Shown here: positions 29,972 through 45,592 of the stretch, in pieces
Layout: each line of letters opens with the position of its first letter
Position numbering within the stretch: the first letter of the stretch is position 1
Origin: Chrysomallon squamiferum
Taxonomy: Eukaryota > Animalia > Mollusca
NCBI GenBank assembly: GCA_012295275.1
Contig: CM022667.1
Span: forward strand, 9,920,001-9,984,000
DNA length: 64,000 nt
Direction of reading: 5' to 3'
Made by a program: the position numbers and the translations under genes
Notes under the pieces: generated by a model
Told to the model about the DNA's origin: nothing
Database searches by the model: none
The model's input: the letters and a program-made list of their open reading frames with translations, nothing else

Positions 29972-30061
<90 letters not shown>

Positions 30062-30261
30062 ATATTTAGTTTAGAAGGCTATAATTGTGCAATAATTAAA
30101 TGATAAAGGAACTAGCCGGCCCGATTTAAAATGTTGACATTAAAGATATTTGGTAACAGATGTCATGAAGTGTTGTTTGCTGTCAGAACGAGATACAAAC
30201 AGAGCTTGTGTTGCTTAACTCAGGTAATCAGAACGAGGTCATTTGATAACGTGTGTGGGAG

Positions 30262-30336
<75 letters not shown>

Positions 30337-30578
30337 CAACAGAGAGAGATGAATGTAAAGAAGAATGGACAGAAAATCAACAAATATATTTTAATTTATT
30401 CCAAATAAACTACTAATTGAAATATTCAATATTTTTCGACTTTATTTCATTTTGAAATATATTTCAACTTACCAAAATAACAAAAGTTTTCAATCACATC
30501 CTTTCTTCCCAGCATTAGTTCTTATACCAGCTGTATTTATTTTTCTGTAAGTATTTAACTGTTTCTTCTTTACCTTTT

Positions 30579-30673
<95 letters not shown>

Positions 30674-32339
30674 CCTCCCTCCCTCCCTCTCTCTCTTTTA
30701 AAAAAGAAACTTCACACAGAAATGTTTCCACAGCAACCTTTTTTTGTGTTCCAGCGGGAACACCGTAAGGATTATCTCCTATGATGCCACCCAAGATCCG
30801 CATCCTGCAATACGCTGAAGAGACGTCACATAAGTTACACGCGTATCAGGACACCCGGGTAATTTAGATCTGTGTTAATCGTCTCAGCCCCGTGTTGTGT
30901 AGCCCTCGGCCCAATTAGCAGAAAATATGATGGAGGCAGGCGGAGAGAATCGAGAGATAACCGAAATTATCGCCGTTTTCTGAAGATCGTTTAGCGAGTG
31001 AATTGTTTTCTGTTTGCTGTCAGAATGTGTTGGTTTTTTTTTAATCTTTTTTCCCCCTGCAATATGTTGCCGTGATAGAGACCAGACGTTGCCGTTGTAC
31101 CTGCCAGAAGTTGCCGTCGTAAGACTGCCAAGAAACGAGGCCGTGCTCGTGCAGAAGTTGATTGGATGTTAATTAATATTGCTGATATTTTGATTATTAA
31201 GCTTGTTAGGATTAAAAGTTGTAACTGATGTGGCAGATTAGAATCATTATGAAAATTATTATCATGAATTGCCTTGAATAATCGTGGCGGTTATCTAAAT
31301 AACTTTTAATGGTAATAGTGATTTGCACAAAATTTATCGCAGTGGTGAACTGAAAATATTCTGGTGGTAGTCAAACATTATCATTTTGCGTATTGGTAAA
31401 ACACAATCATTAGAGATTGTTTAATGCATTCCTTACGTTGAAAAAAAAAAGCTTATGTTAATTTAATATCAGCTTTGAAATAGATGCTGAGAACATATAT
31501 ATGTTAAGATTTGAATTTTTTAAACCTAATAACAAACTTTTTGTAATTTTTTTTTATATATTTAATTATCGGAAAATTTACCCCATGCATTTATTTTTTT
31601 CTTCTATATCTCACGATGTATGACTATGGCAACTGATATTAAATCAGTTTAGTGAAGAAAATCCCTGTTTCATTTACATTTATCACTTTTGTTTAAAAAA
31701 CACATATAAAGTCGTTTTTCTTTTTTTATAAAAAAACAAAACAACGAGAGAAGCATGGACATGTATATGAATAGATGAACTGACGTATGGATACAATAAT
31801 ACTTGCTGAGATAACAAAAAAAAATAAAAATAAAAGATACAACGGACAGGCACTTTGTTGACACTGACTGAAAAATATGAAACTCAGGCATTAGTAGAAA
31901 AAAAAAAAACCTTAATGTTTATAAAAATCTAAGAATGTTAGAAACAATGTTTTTTGTTGTTTTTTCCCCCTGGTATCAAACTTCTCGAGTTACCTTCGCA
32001 CCTTCTATCTTTATTGCTAGTTATCAAATCCAGAGAAAAGCAGTTACCTACCAGTTTATCGCACCGATCCAGTAACAAGCTTTATTTCGGTAATGAAGTC
32101 GTAATTGACGTCATAACAAGGATTATTACGTAATCACTGATTCACTTCTTTCCATTAATCACCGGTCTGATAATAGGTGATTTATCAGCGAGACTTCCAA
32201 CACCGGCTGCCGTGTAAATACCGCGCCCATCAATCACGATGACGTAATCGTTCTGTGACGTAATATTTTTGATAATAGAGAGTCTCTTGGATGTGGACTA
32301 GTATTATGGTTAGTTTTACAGTTCTTGGCAACATAGTGC

Positions 32340-32382
<43 letters not shown>

Positions 32383-32892
32383 CGCGTGCGTGCGTGTGTG
32401 TGTGTGTGTGGAAGAGAATATATTATTTTGATGTCTCTGTTGTTATATTTCTGAGAATGGGAGAGAGAAATTATACAGGTGCACATATTATGTTTATGAA
32501 ACAGAGCTTGAGAGAGAATGTGTGTGTGGCAAAACAAACAGGAATTTGCAGTTTAGTGTTATTGTCAAAACTACTGCATGACCACAGTGTAAAAAGCCTA
32601 AGGATGAAAGCAACAAGAACAAAAGCAACAACAACAACAACGGTGACAGCAGAATCAGCGGCAACATCAAAAAGAGCAACAATAATAACAACAACAGGGA
32701 GAAGCGGCTACATCAAAAGTAGCAACAATGACAACAACAACAGCAACAACAGAAACAGCGGCAACAACAAAACAACAAGAGCAGAAAAAGGAACAACTAA
32801 TCAAGTGAAATGAATGCTAAGCAACACCTGATAAAATGTTTGTATTTAACTTCAACAGTCAGTTACACAATGCTAATGAGTGAAAACACTTT

Positions 32893-32988
<96 letters not shown>

Positions 32989-33354
32989 TTACATTTATAT
33001 ACACGCACACAGAGAGAGTGAAAGAGAGATGACAGAGAGATAGATAGATATATAGATAGATGGATAGATAGATAGATAGATAGATTGGAAGTGTCAGATA
33101 AAGAGAGATAGTTGATAAGTAAAGGTGTTAGCTAATGAGTGATTTCACAGGCAAACAAGACAGTGATCGAGTGAATAATTAAGTGAATATCTTAGTATCT
33201 GAAAGAATAGGCGAGTTAATGTGCGTGTGTTTGTGTGCGTGTGTGTGTGAGCGAACAGATAATGAATGAATATAAATGTGAATAGACAGTAAACATAGTG
33301 TGTTTATGAAATTAACAGAACATAACGAAATATATAAATAAATACTAAATACTA

Positions 33355-33442
<88 letters not shown>

Positions 33443-34246
33443 GTAATAATAATAATAATCACAATGATGATTATGATAATGATAATAAATAAATAAATAA
33501 ATAATAATTTTATATATTAAAATACACATTTTTAAAAAAAAAAGATAAAAAAAACAAAACAAGAAATAACATTTCTAATGCAAGGAAGGGAAGTATAAAC
33601 ATTATTAAACCAAAACATAAAAACATAAAAACAAAAATAAGTGAGAAAAAGGTAAATAAATAAACAACAGCACCGTGATTATCATAAACCTGTTTACAAA
33701 CATTCACCTTCACGGAGAAGACTACAAAACATCGTCATAACAAACAAAAAAAAACCACACATACTTTTACGTCTTCTGCACCTTCTAGACTCTTAACAAG
33801 TCTTTTTTTTCTTTCTTTCTCTCTCTTTCTCTCTTTTTTTTTTTTTTTACCCCAGCCTCACGTAGGTATCTATCTATCTTTACATCAGTCCTATTATCAC
33901 CCCATTTCGACCCGCCCTGGCGCTAAACACTGAAACACCTCGCGAAAATATTTACACTTGCTTTGAAGTGGGGACAAATTATGTACAATTTGCGACCGTC
34001 GGAATACGCTTAAAGAGAGACCGCCTTGTGGGAACAAGATGAAGACGCGATAAGAAAGGCTCGATATGATTATATTGGCTTGATGTTTTTTTTATTTAAT
34101 TTTTTTATTATTTATTTATTTTTTTTTTTTTTAGATACAGGGAGAATTTTGATGGTCATGTTTATTTATGGTTTGTATCGCTCGTATGATTGTGTGTGGG
34201 TTTTTTTTATATTAATATTGGTAAACATATTAAAATATGCTATATG

Positions 34247-34405
<159 letters not shown>

Positions 34406-35103
34406 AAACAAATATACGCAGTACAAAAACAAACATACGCACGCTTATTTGTTGTTCTTGTGTTCTGTTTTTGCTCTCAGATTTTCTTCTTCTCTCTCTC
34501 TCCCCTCCCTCCCTCCCTCCCTCCCTCCCTCCTCCCCCCCCCTCTCTCTTTGTCAGTATTGCAATGTAGAAAACGAAATGGCGCAGCCTTTGTGTTATGT
34601 TATTTAGAAACATTTCTAGTATTTACTACCTGTGGTTTCTGCATTACACTCGCAGTCAAGTTTTCTCACCTACCGCATACAGGTAATACCTGTCATATAT
34701 CTGACATATACCACACTCACTCTAATAGCGTAACAAACAGCAAATACCGTGATAATTTCACAGACCCCCGAGTTGATTTCCACACTCACGTCTGTTAACA
34801 GCTGTAAAATATTGTTAGGTATCCTGTGTCTCTATGTGTGTGTCTGTATATATAATATAATATATATATAATATACATAATATGTATGTATGTATGTGTA
34901 TATATATATATATGTATGTATGTATATATATATATATGTGTGGGTGTGTGTGTATATATATATATATAACACATAAGTGTAGAGTATGTAAGAGATTGTT
35001 TTAGATATGCCTTTGTATGGTAATGTAAGTACCTATGTGAACTTATATGTGGGTATGTTTTTGCTTATATATGTGTCCGCTATGTATGTGTGCATAATGT
35101 TTG

Positions 35104-35302
35104 TATTTTAGGACTGAATAATTCTCTGTTTATGTACGTCTGATCAGACTCTGCACACAGACAATATTCGGGAACGCACTGGCGAAGGAGGACAAAGTCC
35201 AATCACGACCTCACAAACCTGTCAGATGCCGCTGACGAGACTCGAACTTGTGACACCCATTCACCCGCACTCCGAGCCGAACGACAACATAACTCGGCCA
35301 TC
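35104..35302 (-). mobile_element. tRNA-derived SINE-like element, copy B
   Basis: The minus strand reads TGGCCGAGTT (A-box-like), then GTTCGAGTC (B-box), then TCGTCAGCGGCATCTGAC...GTGCGTTCCCGAATATTGTCT, which is the same body as copy A. Confidence 0.75.
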
Positions 35303-35589
35303 ATACATACATAAACACACATACAGACACACACACACAGACACAGAAACACACACATACGCATACGCATACATACGTAGATATATATAAACTTTCTATA
35401 CAATTTACTTGTAAAACAGAAACGAAATAAATAAACAACAAACAAACAAACAAACAAACAAATAACTAAATAAGAACCTTAAATTTATACGCTAAATATA
35501 ATACATTTATTTAAGAAAGAAAAAAAAAAAAAAAAAAAAAAAAACAACTCCTCTCTCCTACATCTGTTTTCTTTTTCACACCTTAGACA

Positions 35590-35890
35590 CTCATCTGCCA
35601 ATCAAAGTAAGCAAATCACAAATGCTTGCGTTCGATTGGTCAGTTCTGCGACTCGTCGATCCACCCAACTCGGGGGCTCGCGCAGCGCCGCAAGTAGAAT
35701 TATCCTCACGGCAGATCGTAACACCTGACCACGACTCGGTAAAAACACGGGTTTACACTGTGAGTGCAAACTGAACTGGGACCACGTGAATACCAGATGA
35801 GTTTCCACTGAATTCTCGACTGTTCTCGACACACTTCGCTCTAACGTTCGTGCGATCCTCAAAACACGTCAAAAGAAATGTGACCGCTTC
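35590..35890 (+). promoter_or_regulatory. Candidate promoter/TSS of the APCDD1-like gene
   Basis: CpG-rich patch about 700 nt upstream of the ATG. It contains CCAAT at 35598-35602, an inverted CCAAT at 35635-35639, an Inr-like TCAGTT at 35640-35645 and ATCAAAG at 35601-35607. Confidence 0.45.
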
Positions 35891-36339
35891 ACAGGACTTG
35901 TTTTTTTTAATTTCTCTTTCTATTTTTTTTTTTTTTTTTTTTTTTTTTATTCTTCTTCTTCTTGTTTTTTTTTTTTCGTTTAATTTCCAAAAAAAAAAAA
36001 AAAAAAAAGAGGAGAAAAAAAAAGAAATTATTTTGCGTGGTATTATTTTTCAGTTGTTACACTGAAATAATGAACTGATCTTTTGGAACTAATGTTGAAC
36101 GACAGTTTTATGATTCTGTGGTGAGAATTAATGTTTTTGTGAAGTGTTAAAAAAAAAAAAAAAAAAAATTAAATAAAAATTTAAAAAAAAATTAAAATAA
36201 TAATAATGTGGATTTTGGAAAAAATGTAACTGAATGTAGTTCTTTGGATAAATATCGATTGCGAAGCCAGACTCGACAGAGAGGGATTTTAAGAAGAAAT
36301 TGTAACATGGTTTGCTGATGTTTGCGTTTTGAAGCCAAC

Positions 36340-36391
36340 ATGAAGAATTCGATTTTTTGGATCGACTGGCTGTTCTTACTCTTCTTACAAG
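36340..36391 (+). CDS. APCDD1: APCDD1-like protein, coding exon 1 (signal peptide MKNSIFWIDWLFLLFLQ-G)
   Basis: Kozak-like GCCAACATG and a hydrophobic peptide. The donor AAG|GTAACT is phase 1, matching the phase-1 acceptor at 52038. The link to exon 2 is inferred from phase and the expected signal peptide. Confidence 0.7.
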
Positions 36392-37130
36392 GTAACTGTT
36401 TTACATCAATATCGAGGGCAGATACAGGACATAGTCTAGAGGAGGGGGGGTAACTAAAATATTAACGATGATATGTATCGCATCAGTATGTAGAAAAATG
36501 TTGTCATTTACAATTCTATAATTAATTGATTATTTACGTATTGATTTTGTTTTCTTTCTTCGTTTCTTTCTTTCTTTATTTATCTGTTTAATTATTTATT
36601 TATTGATTATTTACGTATTTATTTTGTTTTATTTATTTATTTATTTATCTGTTTATTTATTTATATATTGATTTATTTATTAGTTTGCTTGTTTATTTAT
36701 TTATTTTTGTTTAAATTTATTTGTTTATTTATTCATTCATTTTTCTTTCTTTCCCTCATTTGTTTTCTACTGTTGTTGTTGTTGTTGTTCTTATTATTAT
36801 TACTTCTGTTACTAAATACTGAATTTAAATTCTTTCTGTCATTTTTTTTTCGTAATCACGTTCGTTCGTTCAAGATATATATATATTTAAAAAATGTCAT
36901 AACACAGTATTTTTCGTTAATATTCTTTCTTATAATAATAATAATGCCGTTTTAAAAAAAAACTAAAAAAAAATATGCGTATGACACAAAACCCTGAAAT
37001 GCCGCTTTGTAGTACATTCAAGCGCGGACAGTTAACCCCGCCCGCAATGGGTTCAGGGGTATAAAACGTGTAGGGTTTCGGCAAGAAAATATTAGAGAAC
37101 AAAATTTTTAATGTATTTGCTCAGGATTTA

Positions 37131-37171
<41 letters not shown>

Positions 37172-37671
37172 TAATAATAATAAAAAAAAAAAAAAAAAAA
37201 AATGTTTTTTTTTTAAAGTATTCTATATTTGTTATGTTAACTTTTTTTCATAACGATTTAACTCGACATCTTGAAATAGATATTCCTGTTCGAATATAAA
37301 TTTAGAAATTGTTTTCTCAAATAAACTTTGTATACACAGACAGATAGATAGAAAGACACAGAGACAAAGACGAATTCTGAAATTGTTAAAGATAGATGGA
37401 GAAATACAGAGATAAATAAATAGCTAGAGTGATAGAGAGAGTCAGAGGGAACAAGGAATAAGCGACAGAAAAAGAAAAATTATCTTAATACAAAATACAC
37501 ATTTATACGACATAAACAATACAACTGTTCAAAAAAGAATTAAGCTGTGATAATAATCAACCATTCTTTAAAAGAATGAAATATTAGTCTAAAATATTAA
37601 CAGTTAATCAATTACTGTGTACATATTTATTTACCATAAAACACATTATTTATTCTCTCTCTCTCTCTCTG

Positions 37672-37797
<126 letters not shown>

Positions 37798-37825
37798 CAC
37801 AAAACAATGCTCCGCTTATTTCGCC

Positions 37826-38381
37826 GTGTATTTGCGGTTTGATATAACAGCTAAATGTCTACGTTTGTTCTGTGTTATTTTACGTGTATTTGCGGTGTGA
37901 TATAACTGCTAAATTTCTACGTTTGTTCTATGTTATTTTTGTATTTGCGTGTATTTGCGGTGTGGTGTACCTGCTAAATTTCTACGTTTGTTCTATGTTA
38001 TTTTTTACGCTAAATTTCTACGTTTGTATTTGCGGTGTGGTGTAACTGCTAAAAACGTTTTTCTACGTGTATTTGCGGTTTGTTCTATGTTATTTTACGT
38101 GTATTTGCGGTGTGGTATAACTGCTAAATTTCTACGTTTGTTCTATGTTATTTTACGTGTATTTGCGGTGTGGTATAACTGCTAAATTTCTACGTTTGTT
38201 CTGTGTTATTTTACGTGTATTTGCGGTGTGGTGTAACTGCTAAATTTCTACGTTTGTTCTGTGTTATTTTACGTGTATCTGCGGTTTGATATAACTGCTA
38301 AATTTCTACGTTTGTTCTGTGTTATTTTACGTGTTATTTGCGGTTTGGTATAACTGCTAAATTTCTACGTTTGTTCTGTGT
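37826..38381. repeat. 58-bp minisatellite, about 9-10 units
   Basis: Unit GTATTTGCGGTGTGGTATAACTGCTAAATTTCTACGTTTGTTCTRTGTTATTTTACGT, with starts at 38101 and 38159 for example. Units are scrambled at about 37940-38100. Confidence 0.95.
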
Positions 38382-38573
38382 TAGTGGCTCGTCACGTCGT
38401 GTGTGTTCAGTCTCGCTGTTTCGCTCAGTGGTCTCGCTAAAGCCGTGCACACACGTAAACAATTCGAGTAAACACTAAAGTGTCGCTGTAGCGAGATAAA
38501 AAAAAAGACAAACAAAAAAACAGGTGTTCTGTGAGCTTACATTGACACTTCGTCTTTCGTTTAGTTTCTTGAA

Positions 38574-38640
<67 letters not shown>

Positions 38641-38649
38641 ATTTGTATA

Positions 38650-38691
<42 letters not shown>

Positions 38692-38870
38692 CAATTACCG
38701 CGGTATGTAATTATCTGTCTTTGAAAACTACAGTTATAAAAGTAAAACAAACGTATTATATAATTCTTATTATCTAATTTATAGTTAATAATAATAACAA
38801 CATCAACAAAATAATTATTATCGTTATTCTTATTTATTTTTATCGTTATTGTTATTATTATTATTATTGT

Positions 38871-38907
<37 letters not shown>

Positions 38908-39196
38908 CTTGTTGTTGTTGCTGTTGTTATTTTCACTATATTTTACACTGTATTTCTTCATACGCTTCCACTGTTGGTGAATAACGAATTTTACTAGCAG
39001 TGTTGTTAACTCGATATAAAACTGTGTTGCTATTAAATTTTTTATGATATTTTTATCAGCTTTATGAGTTAATAAAATTGTTTATGAAGAATGAAAAATT
39101 TCAAATCAGGTCTAGTTGGTCTGTACTAGTCATATTTTATAATAAGTTCAAGGTTCTTTTTCTTCTGTTTCTTCTTCTTTTCTTCTTTTTCTTCTT

Positions 39197-39227
<31 letters not shown>

Positions 39228-39813
39228 TTATTATTATTATTATTATTACTATTACTATTATTATTGTTATCATCATCATCATCATCATTATCATTATTAC
39301 TACTACTACTATTACTACAGGTTCAACAACAACTAAAACTACTACTACTATTATTAATGTTGTCGTCGTTGTTGTGATCATCATAATATCATGGTGATGT
39401 TGTTGTTGTAGATGATAAGGACGATGTTGCTACGTTTACGTCCTCATTATAGACGCATATTTACAATCCACGAGATATTTATTCATTTGTTTGTGGGTTT
39501 GTTTATTCATAACGAACAACAACAACATCAACAAAATATCAACAAGAACATAACGGCACAAAATATAATCGTACGTACTCACGCACGAACGCAACCCCCC
39601 ACACACACACACACACTGTAGGTACACCTACACTAACAAATTAACTCCTACGGTGGATTAAATCCTACTTTGCACGTCATTCCAATTAAGAAAAACTTCT
39701 GCAAAAATTAGGCTGGAGCAAAACCTTCACACCATCCCTTACACACACACACACACACATACACACCTCTCTCTCACAAACACACACACACACATACACA
39801 CCTCTTTCTCTCA

Positions 39814-39854
<41 letters not shown>

Positions 39855-39862
39855 CTCTCTCA

Positions 39863-39904
<42 letters not shown>

Positions 39905-40284
39905 GTTACCGAGTACAGTTTCACCATCCTGCCCAGCCCGGCTCAGAAGAAAGTGGTTGTACATGAGTGCGCCTGTAAAGTGAACGAGCCGTATTATTTA
40001 TTAGCTTCATTCAGCTATGGCTAATAAAAGAGAAACATTTAAGGACCTTTGTGAGAAATTTTATTTGCACGGTAATAAATAAACACACATCACAAAGGCC
40101 CAATAGTTCGTGGCAATTTTAACGACACATATTTGAGCCGAGGTCTAAATACGAGGTAGAGTTATATTGAGCCGAGAACGAAAGAAAGAACGAAGAATAT
40201 TTCTTTTTTAAAAAAAAAGAAAGAAAGAAAAAAAAAAGGACTTAATTTCCCACTCTACGTGTGAGTTTTGTCAGCCATGAGAAG

Positions 40285-40322
<38 letters not shown>

Positions 40323-40803
40323 AGAGTGAAGACAGGAGGAGGTAACTCTTAATTTATGAAAGGCAATGTCTGACAAAGAAAAGAACAGTTTTGCTTTTAA
40401 AGTATTATTAAGCTGTTAGTTTGAAAAGTGCTCTTCTTGTGTGGTGAAATCGTTAATATAGGGAAGGTTTTTAAAAGTCTAATAAAAGTACTGTTGGCTT
40501 CAAGTACGGCTTTCTAGCACATACAACGATTAGTCAGAGGTGTTGTACACAGTAGCTTTAGCAGTGTTAAGTTCTTAATATTATTATTTTTATTATTAAT
40601 GTCATTCTTATTGTTGCTGCTGCTATTGCTGCTGTTGTTGTCATTGCTGCTGATGTTGTTATTTAATCTGGTATTGAGTGTTCTCTTGTTGGATGAAAAT
40701 CAATGGCTCAACCGCTAACACAAAATAGATATTCAGAAAGACTCAAATTTCAAGTCATTGTAATCTTCCTAGTGGATATACTTCATATGTGGTATAGTTC
40801 CAT

Positions 40804-40839
<36 letters not shown>

Positions 40840-40841
40840 AT

Positions 40842-40877
<36 letters not shown>

Positions 40878-41384
40878 ATACACACACACACAAATGACAC
40901 AAATGGCAAAAAAGATAAATGTTCACTTTTGAAAAATGTATCGTTAATTAATTTATTTATTTATAATTTATTTACTTATATTTATATTTATTTATATTTA
41001 TTTATTCAGCCACTCATTCATTCATTCATTCATTCACTTTTTTAAATTTTGTTTTGTCCTTGAAAAGTGTGCCTAAGAAAACTGGTTGATGTGGCTAACA
41101 TTCTGTGGCAAGTGAGTACGAAAGTTCGTTTCATGTCCCCAGGGTTCGAGCATAACAGAGAAACAAATTAGAAATGACATCGGGATTCTGCACGTAAAGG
41201 TTAGTCCCTGATAAGATGGCGAGATTTCGACAAAGCGAAATTTGAAACTGATCTACGAATCAGGGGGCGAAGCTGGGGTTTCGAGAAGGTAGGGGGAGGT
41301 CGTTATAAATTTGAATACGAAATAATTTGGACGAAAAAATAATTAAATTATAGGGTAATCGAAGAGAGAGAATGTGTGTGTGTG

Positions 41385-41484
<100 letters not shown>

Positions 41485-41770
41485 ATCTTGTGTGCATACA
41501 TGTATGTGTGTTTGACAAAGAGGAAGAAACGGGCCGAAAAGAAAAACAAAAGGCAAAATACAAAAAGAATACGAATGAATAAATAAAAACAAGAAATAAA
41601 AACAAAAGAAATAACGAAAAAGAAAAAAAAAACTGTTAGACAAACAAACAAGGAGAGATCAACAAGACGATGTTGTAAGCAAGTTACAGAAAACAACTCA
41701 TGACAACAGTCAGCCTTTTTTAACAATACATTTTAGTATTATCTTCATCATTTTCATCATCATTATTATT

Positions 41771-41802
<32 letters not shown>

Positions 41803-41903
41803 TATATTTTTGTTTAAACATCATGTTTTCCTTCTTTGTTATTAAGTTATTATCATTTTAACTTATCTGTCTTCATTTCTTTTATTCCTTTTTTCCTTAA
41901 CAA

Positions 41904-41934
<31 letters not shown>

Positions 41935-42790
41935 ATATTTGTTATTATTACATTTCAACGTTTTCAAACTCGACGCTACCTCTAACCCTGGCGCCACTAT
42001 TGTGTTACAACCCTTTTTTTTTTTTTTTTTTTTTTTGTTAGTTCACCCTTCCTCTATTTTATTTCTTATTTATTTCATTGTTTCCAAAAAACAGGTCACA
42101 ACTTCAGGATATCCTTCCTTTGTTAGTTTTGATAAGATCGTTTCTGTTTTTTCTCTTTATCCCGAAAGCCAGAACTTTCTTTGCACCTAATTCCTGCTTT
42201 ATCTGCTATCAAATGCGTGTGCCTCCCCGTTCTGAAATAAACCGATTTTTAATCACTTTACGATGTTAAATAGTGCGACTTAAGATCAGTGTATACGTCG
42301 TAAATAAACCTGCGCGACGCGGCCTTGTCACCTAAATCATCCGTGCGATTTAGAGAGGTGCTCACATTACAATGGAGCGTAGTACCCACAGAAGAAGAAA
42401 AAAAGAAAAAAAAAGAAGAGAGCGCCGTGAATGAATGAAAAAGTTCGTTCGTATTTTGTTGTTTTATAAGCGTATGCGTGTGTGGCGTTATTATATTATC
42501 ATTATAGTTTTGTTTATGTTGCTTTTCTTTCTTTCTTTACTTTAAAAAAAAAAAAAAAAAAAGTTTTTGTCTGTTTTTGTTAATCCGTTCAGGTTCTGAT
42601 TTCAGAACGAGGTCGCAAATCAAGAATTTACGTTGGTATTTTAAAAGTTCGAATGTGGGGCTTGGTTTTTCTTGCGTTTGTATCCTGTGTTTTCGTGTAT
42701 GCGAGAGTGCTGTTAGTAGGTTCTGTTTGTTTGTTTATTTATTTATTTATTTTTTTATTTATTTATTATTTTATTTATTATTATTATTAT

Positions 42791-42823
<33 letters not shown>

Positions 42824-43212
42824 CAGTAGTAGTAGTATAATATATTATTCTTGTTAGCGTTGTTTTTGGGTTTTTTTTGTAGATTTGTTATTTGCACTGT
42901 TGACCTATTCTCTAGCTGTTGTAACAATTTTTTATTTCCAAAGTTTAGTATAATGAGGAAAAAAGGCCAGAGGAGATTTCAAATTAATTTTTTTCGCTTC
43001 AACTGGAAAATTAAAACCTTCGTCCTGGAGACTTTTATGTATGTATTAGACAGTTTTATAACTGTAATTTTAAAGAGAGAAAAAAAACAACAACTAGAAA
43101 CAAAAAAAAACATTTAAATACCTTATAAATGTTAGCTGTGAAGATATGTGATTTGCTGTGAATTTTAGAATTTACAAAACATTTTAATGTTTTTATTATT
43201 ATTATGATTATG

Positions 43213-43262
<50 letters not shown>

Positions 43263-43840
43263 TTTTTTTATTTTTTTATTTTATTTTATTTTATTTATTA
43301 TTATTTTTTTTTTTCGTAACTTAAGCAAACTTTACAATCAGAAACATTATTTGATTGCAGAGCTATTTTATTTCTTCGGGGTTCAGAATAAAAAAAAAAT
43401 AATAATAATTTATCATTCTAAAACTTGAAATGAAAACGTAACTGAAACGCGTTGAAAAATAATAAAAAAAGAAGAGAGAAAGTATTAATAAAATAATGAA
43501 GCAGAAAGAAAAATTACAAACAAGAAATAGCCTGAATCGAACAATAAGAATGCATTTCATAAATCCTGCCACAGACAGATTTAATATAACATGATGACAT
43601 TCAAATAAATAAATGTTTTTTTCATAATGTTTCTAAAAATTTTAAAGGAGAGATAAAATAAACGAAATTAAATAAAATAAATAATAAAAAAAGAACTATA
43701 TAAATAAATAAACAAGTAAACAACAACATAAAACTCCAAATAAATAAAGATATAAACATAAAAAAAAAAAAAAAATAAATACGTAAATAAAAAAGTAAGC
43801 AAGAAATGAAATATGAAGTCTACTGCAATATATTCATTCC

Positions 43841-43931
<91 letters not shown>

Positions 43932-45521
43932 CACAACATCACTCCTCTTAAACAAGTTAACGAAACAATTTAAAAAAACAAATTTGCCTGTTTTACATGT
44001 TAATCGGAAGAAAAGTACATGCTACGTTTTTACATTTTTCCTCTGCCAGTAATAAGTGAATTTTTGTAAGCATTTATTCTGGTTTGAAAAAGCTCATATC
44101 AAGCGGAGTCTATTGTTGGAACGGGATGTAATATATATATATATATATATACACACATACATACATACACACATATACAGTCAATGGGAATCGCGTGTCA
44201 GGGGATATTTTAAAGCTAGAACACACATTTCGCCTACGTTGTATTAGAGAATACACTTCATGCGTCTAAGTTTCAGAACAGTTTCATTCACGGTTTGGGT
44301 GGACGTCAACATTTGATGTCTGTGAATGAGAAAGGAAAACTATGCTCGGTGGCTAATGACTTAGAATGCACTTCTCGGTATCCAGTGGTCCTATCTGGTG
44401 ACGGGTTTCCCGTTTCTTTGAATGGACGTTGTATCGATTTCACTTCTTCTTTTTTTTTTTTTTTTTTTTTTTAATTCGTGAAAGTATTTGACAGGTTGTG
44501 ATTAGGTGAAAAAGCTCATTTAAATTAAACAGTATTATTAACTGAGGTCAGTCTGATGTTGAATGTGTGTGTATGTATTTTTAAATCTAAATGTGTGAAT
44601 GTGTAATTATTTGTATATATACGTAAGTATCTCTCTCCTAAATAGCTTAAATAAGTTATATGATAAATTCTACTGACAAGATATATATCCTACTAGCACC
44701 ATTTCTGTAACATGGCAACAAATACCAGTTGTTTCAGTCACAGACTTAGGATATGGACATTTTGTCCGTTTCTCTATAGGTTTGTTAGGTTTGTTCAGAG
44801 GTTAGTATATTATTGAGAGTAATGTCTATGGTATTTATTTCTCTCACAAAAAATAAACAAAAAGAAAGAACGAAAGAAAGAAAAACAAACTACTTACTTC
44901 GATACAGTCTGTATAACAATGGTTTAGTCAAAAATCTTTGTGTAGAAAATTCGTTGTCTGTATCCAAATGATCCTGAAATATTTATCTGTCGAGCGATTG
45001 ATTATTCCTTGTTTCGTTATCAAAATGAAAACCGATTTTTGTAAAGTTTGTTTATTCCTGTCTGCTTGAACTAATGTTGAATATGATGGAAATATATTTA
45101 TTTTTTCCAGTGCATCCAGTTTGGTTTTTGTCATGTCTAAATGTAAATAACTCTATGACGTCATATCACTGTGACGTTATGTTATGTATATAATAGGAAC
45201 TTTTTCTGTTCGTTTATTTTATTCACATCGTAATCATCATCATCATCATCATCTTCTTCTTCTTCTTCATTACTACTATTACAATAATCATCATCATTAT
45301 TGCTATCACTGTTTATTTTGTTGTTTAGGTCTCTTTTTTTGTTTATTTTTCGGGGGTGGGAGATTATTATGTTTAGTTTTATCAAAAGTGTTAAATGCAC
45401 TATTATTGCATACTAACTGAATTGTATTCATACTGCAATGTTGCTGATTATTATTACTATTATTATCATTATTATTGCTCGATTTTATCATTTACAACAT
45501 ATTAAATAAAAACAAATAATT

Positions 45522-45592
45522 TGCATCGACCGGGAATCGAACCCGGGTCACCCGCGTGGCAGGCGAGTATTCTACCACTAGACCACCGATGC
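45522..45592 (-). tRNA. tRNA-Gly-GCC: tRNA-Gly (anticodon GCC)
   Basis: The minus strand reads GCATCGGTGGTCTAGTGGTAGAATACTCGCCTGCCACGCGGGTGACCCGGGTTCGATTCCCGGTCGATGCA (71 nt). The cloverleaf and A/B boxes are intact, and a T5 Pol III terminator follows at 45512-45508. Confidence 0.97.
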
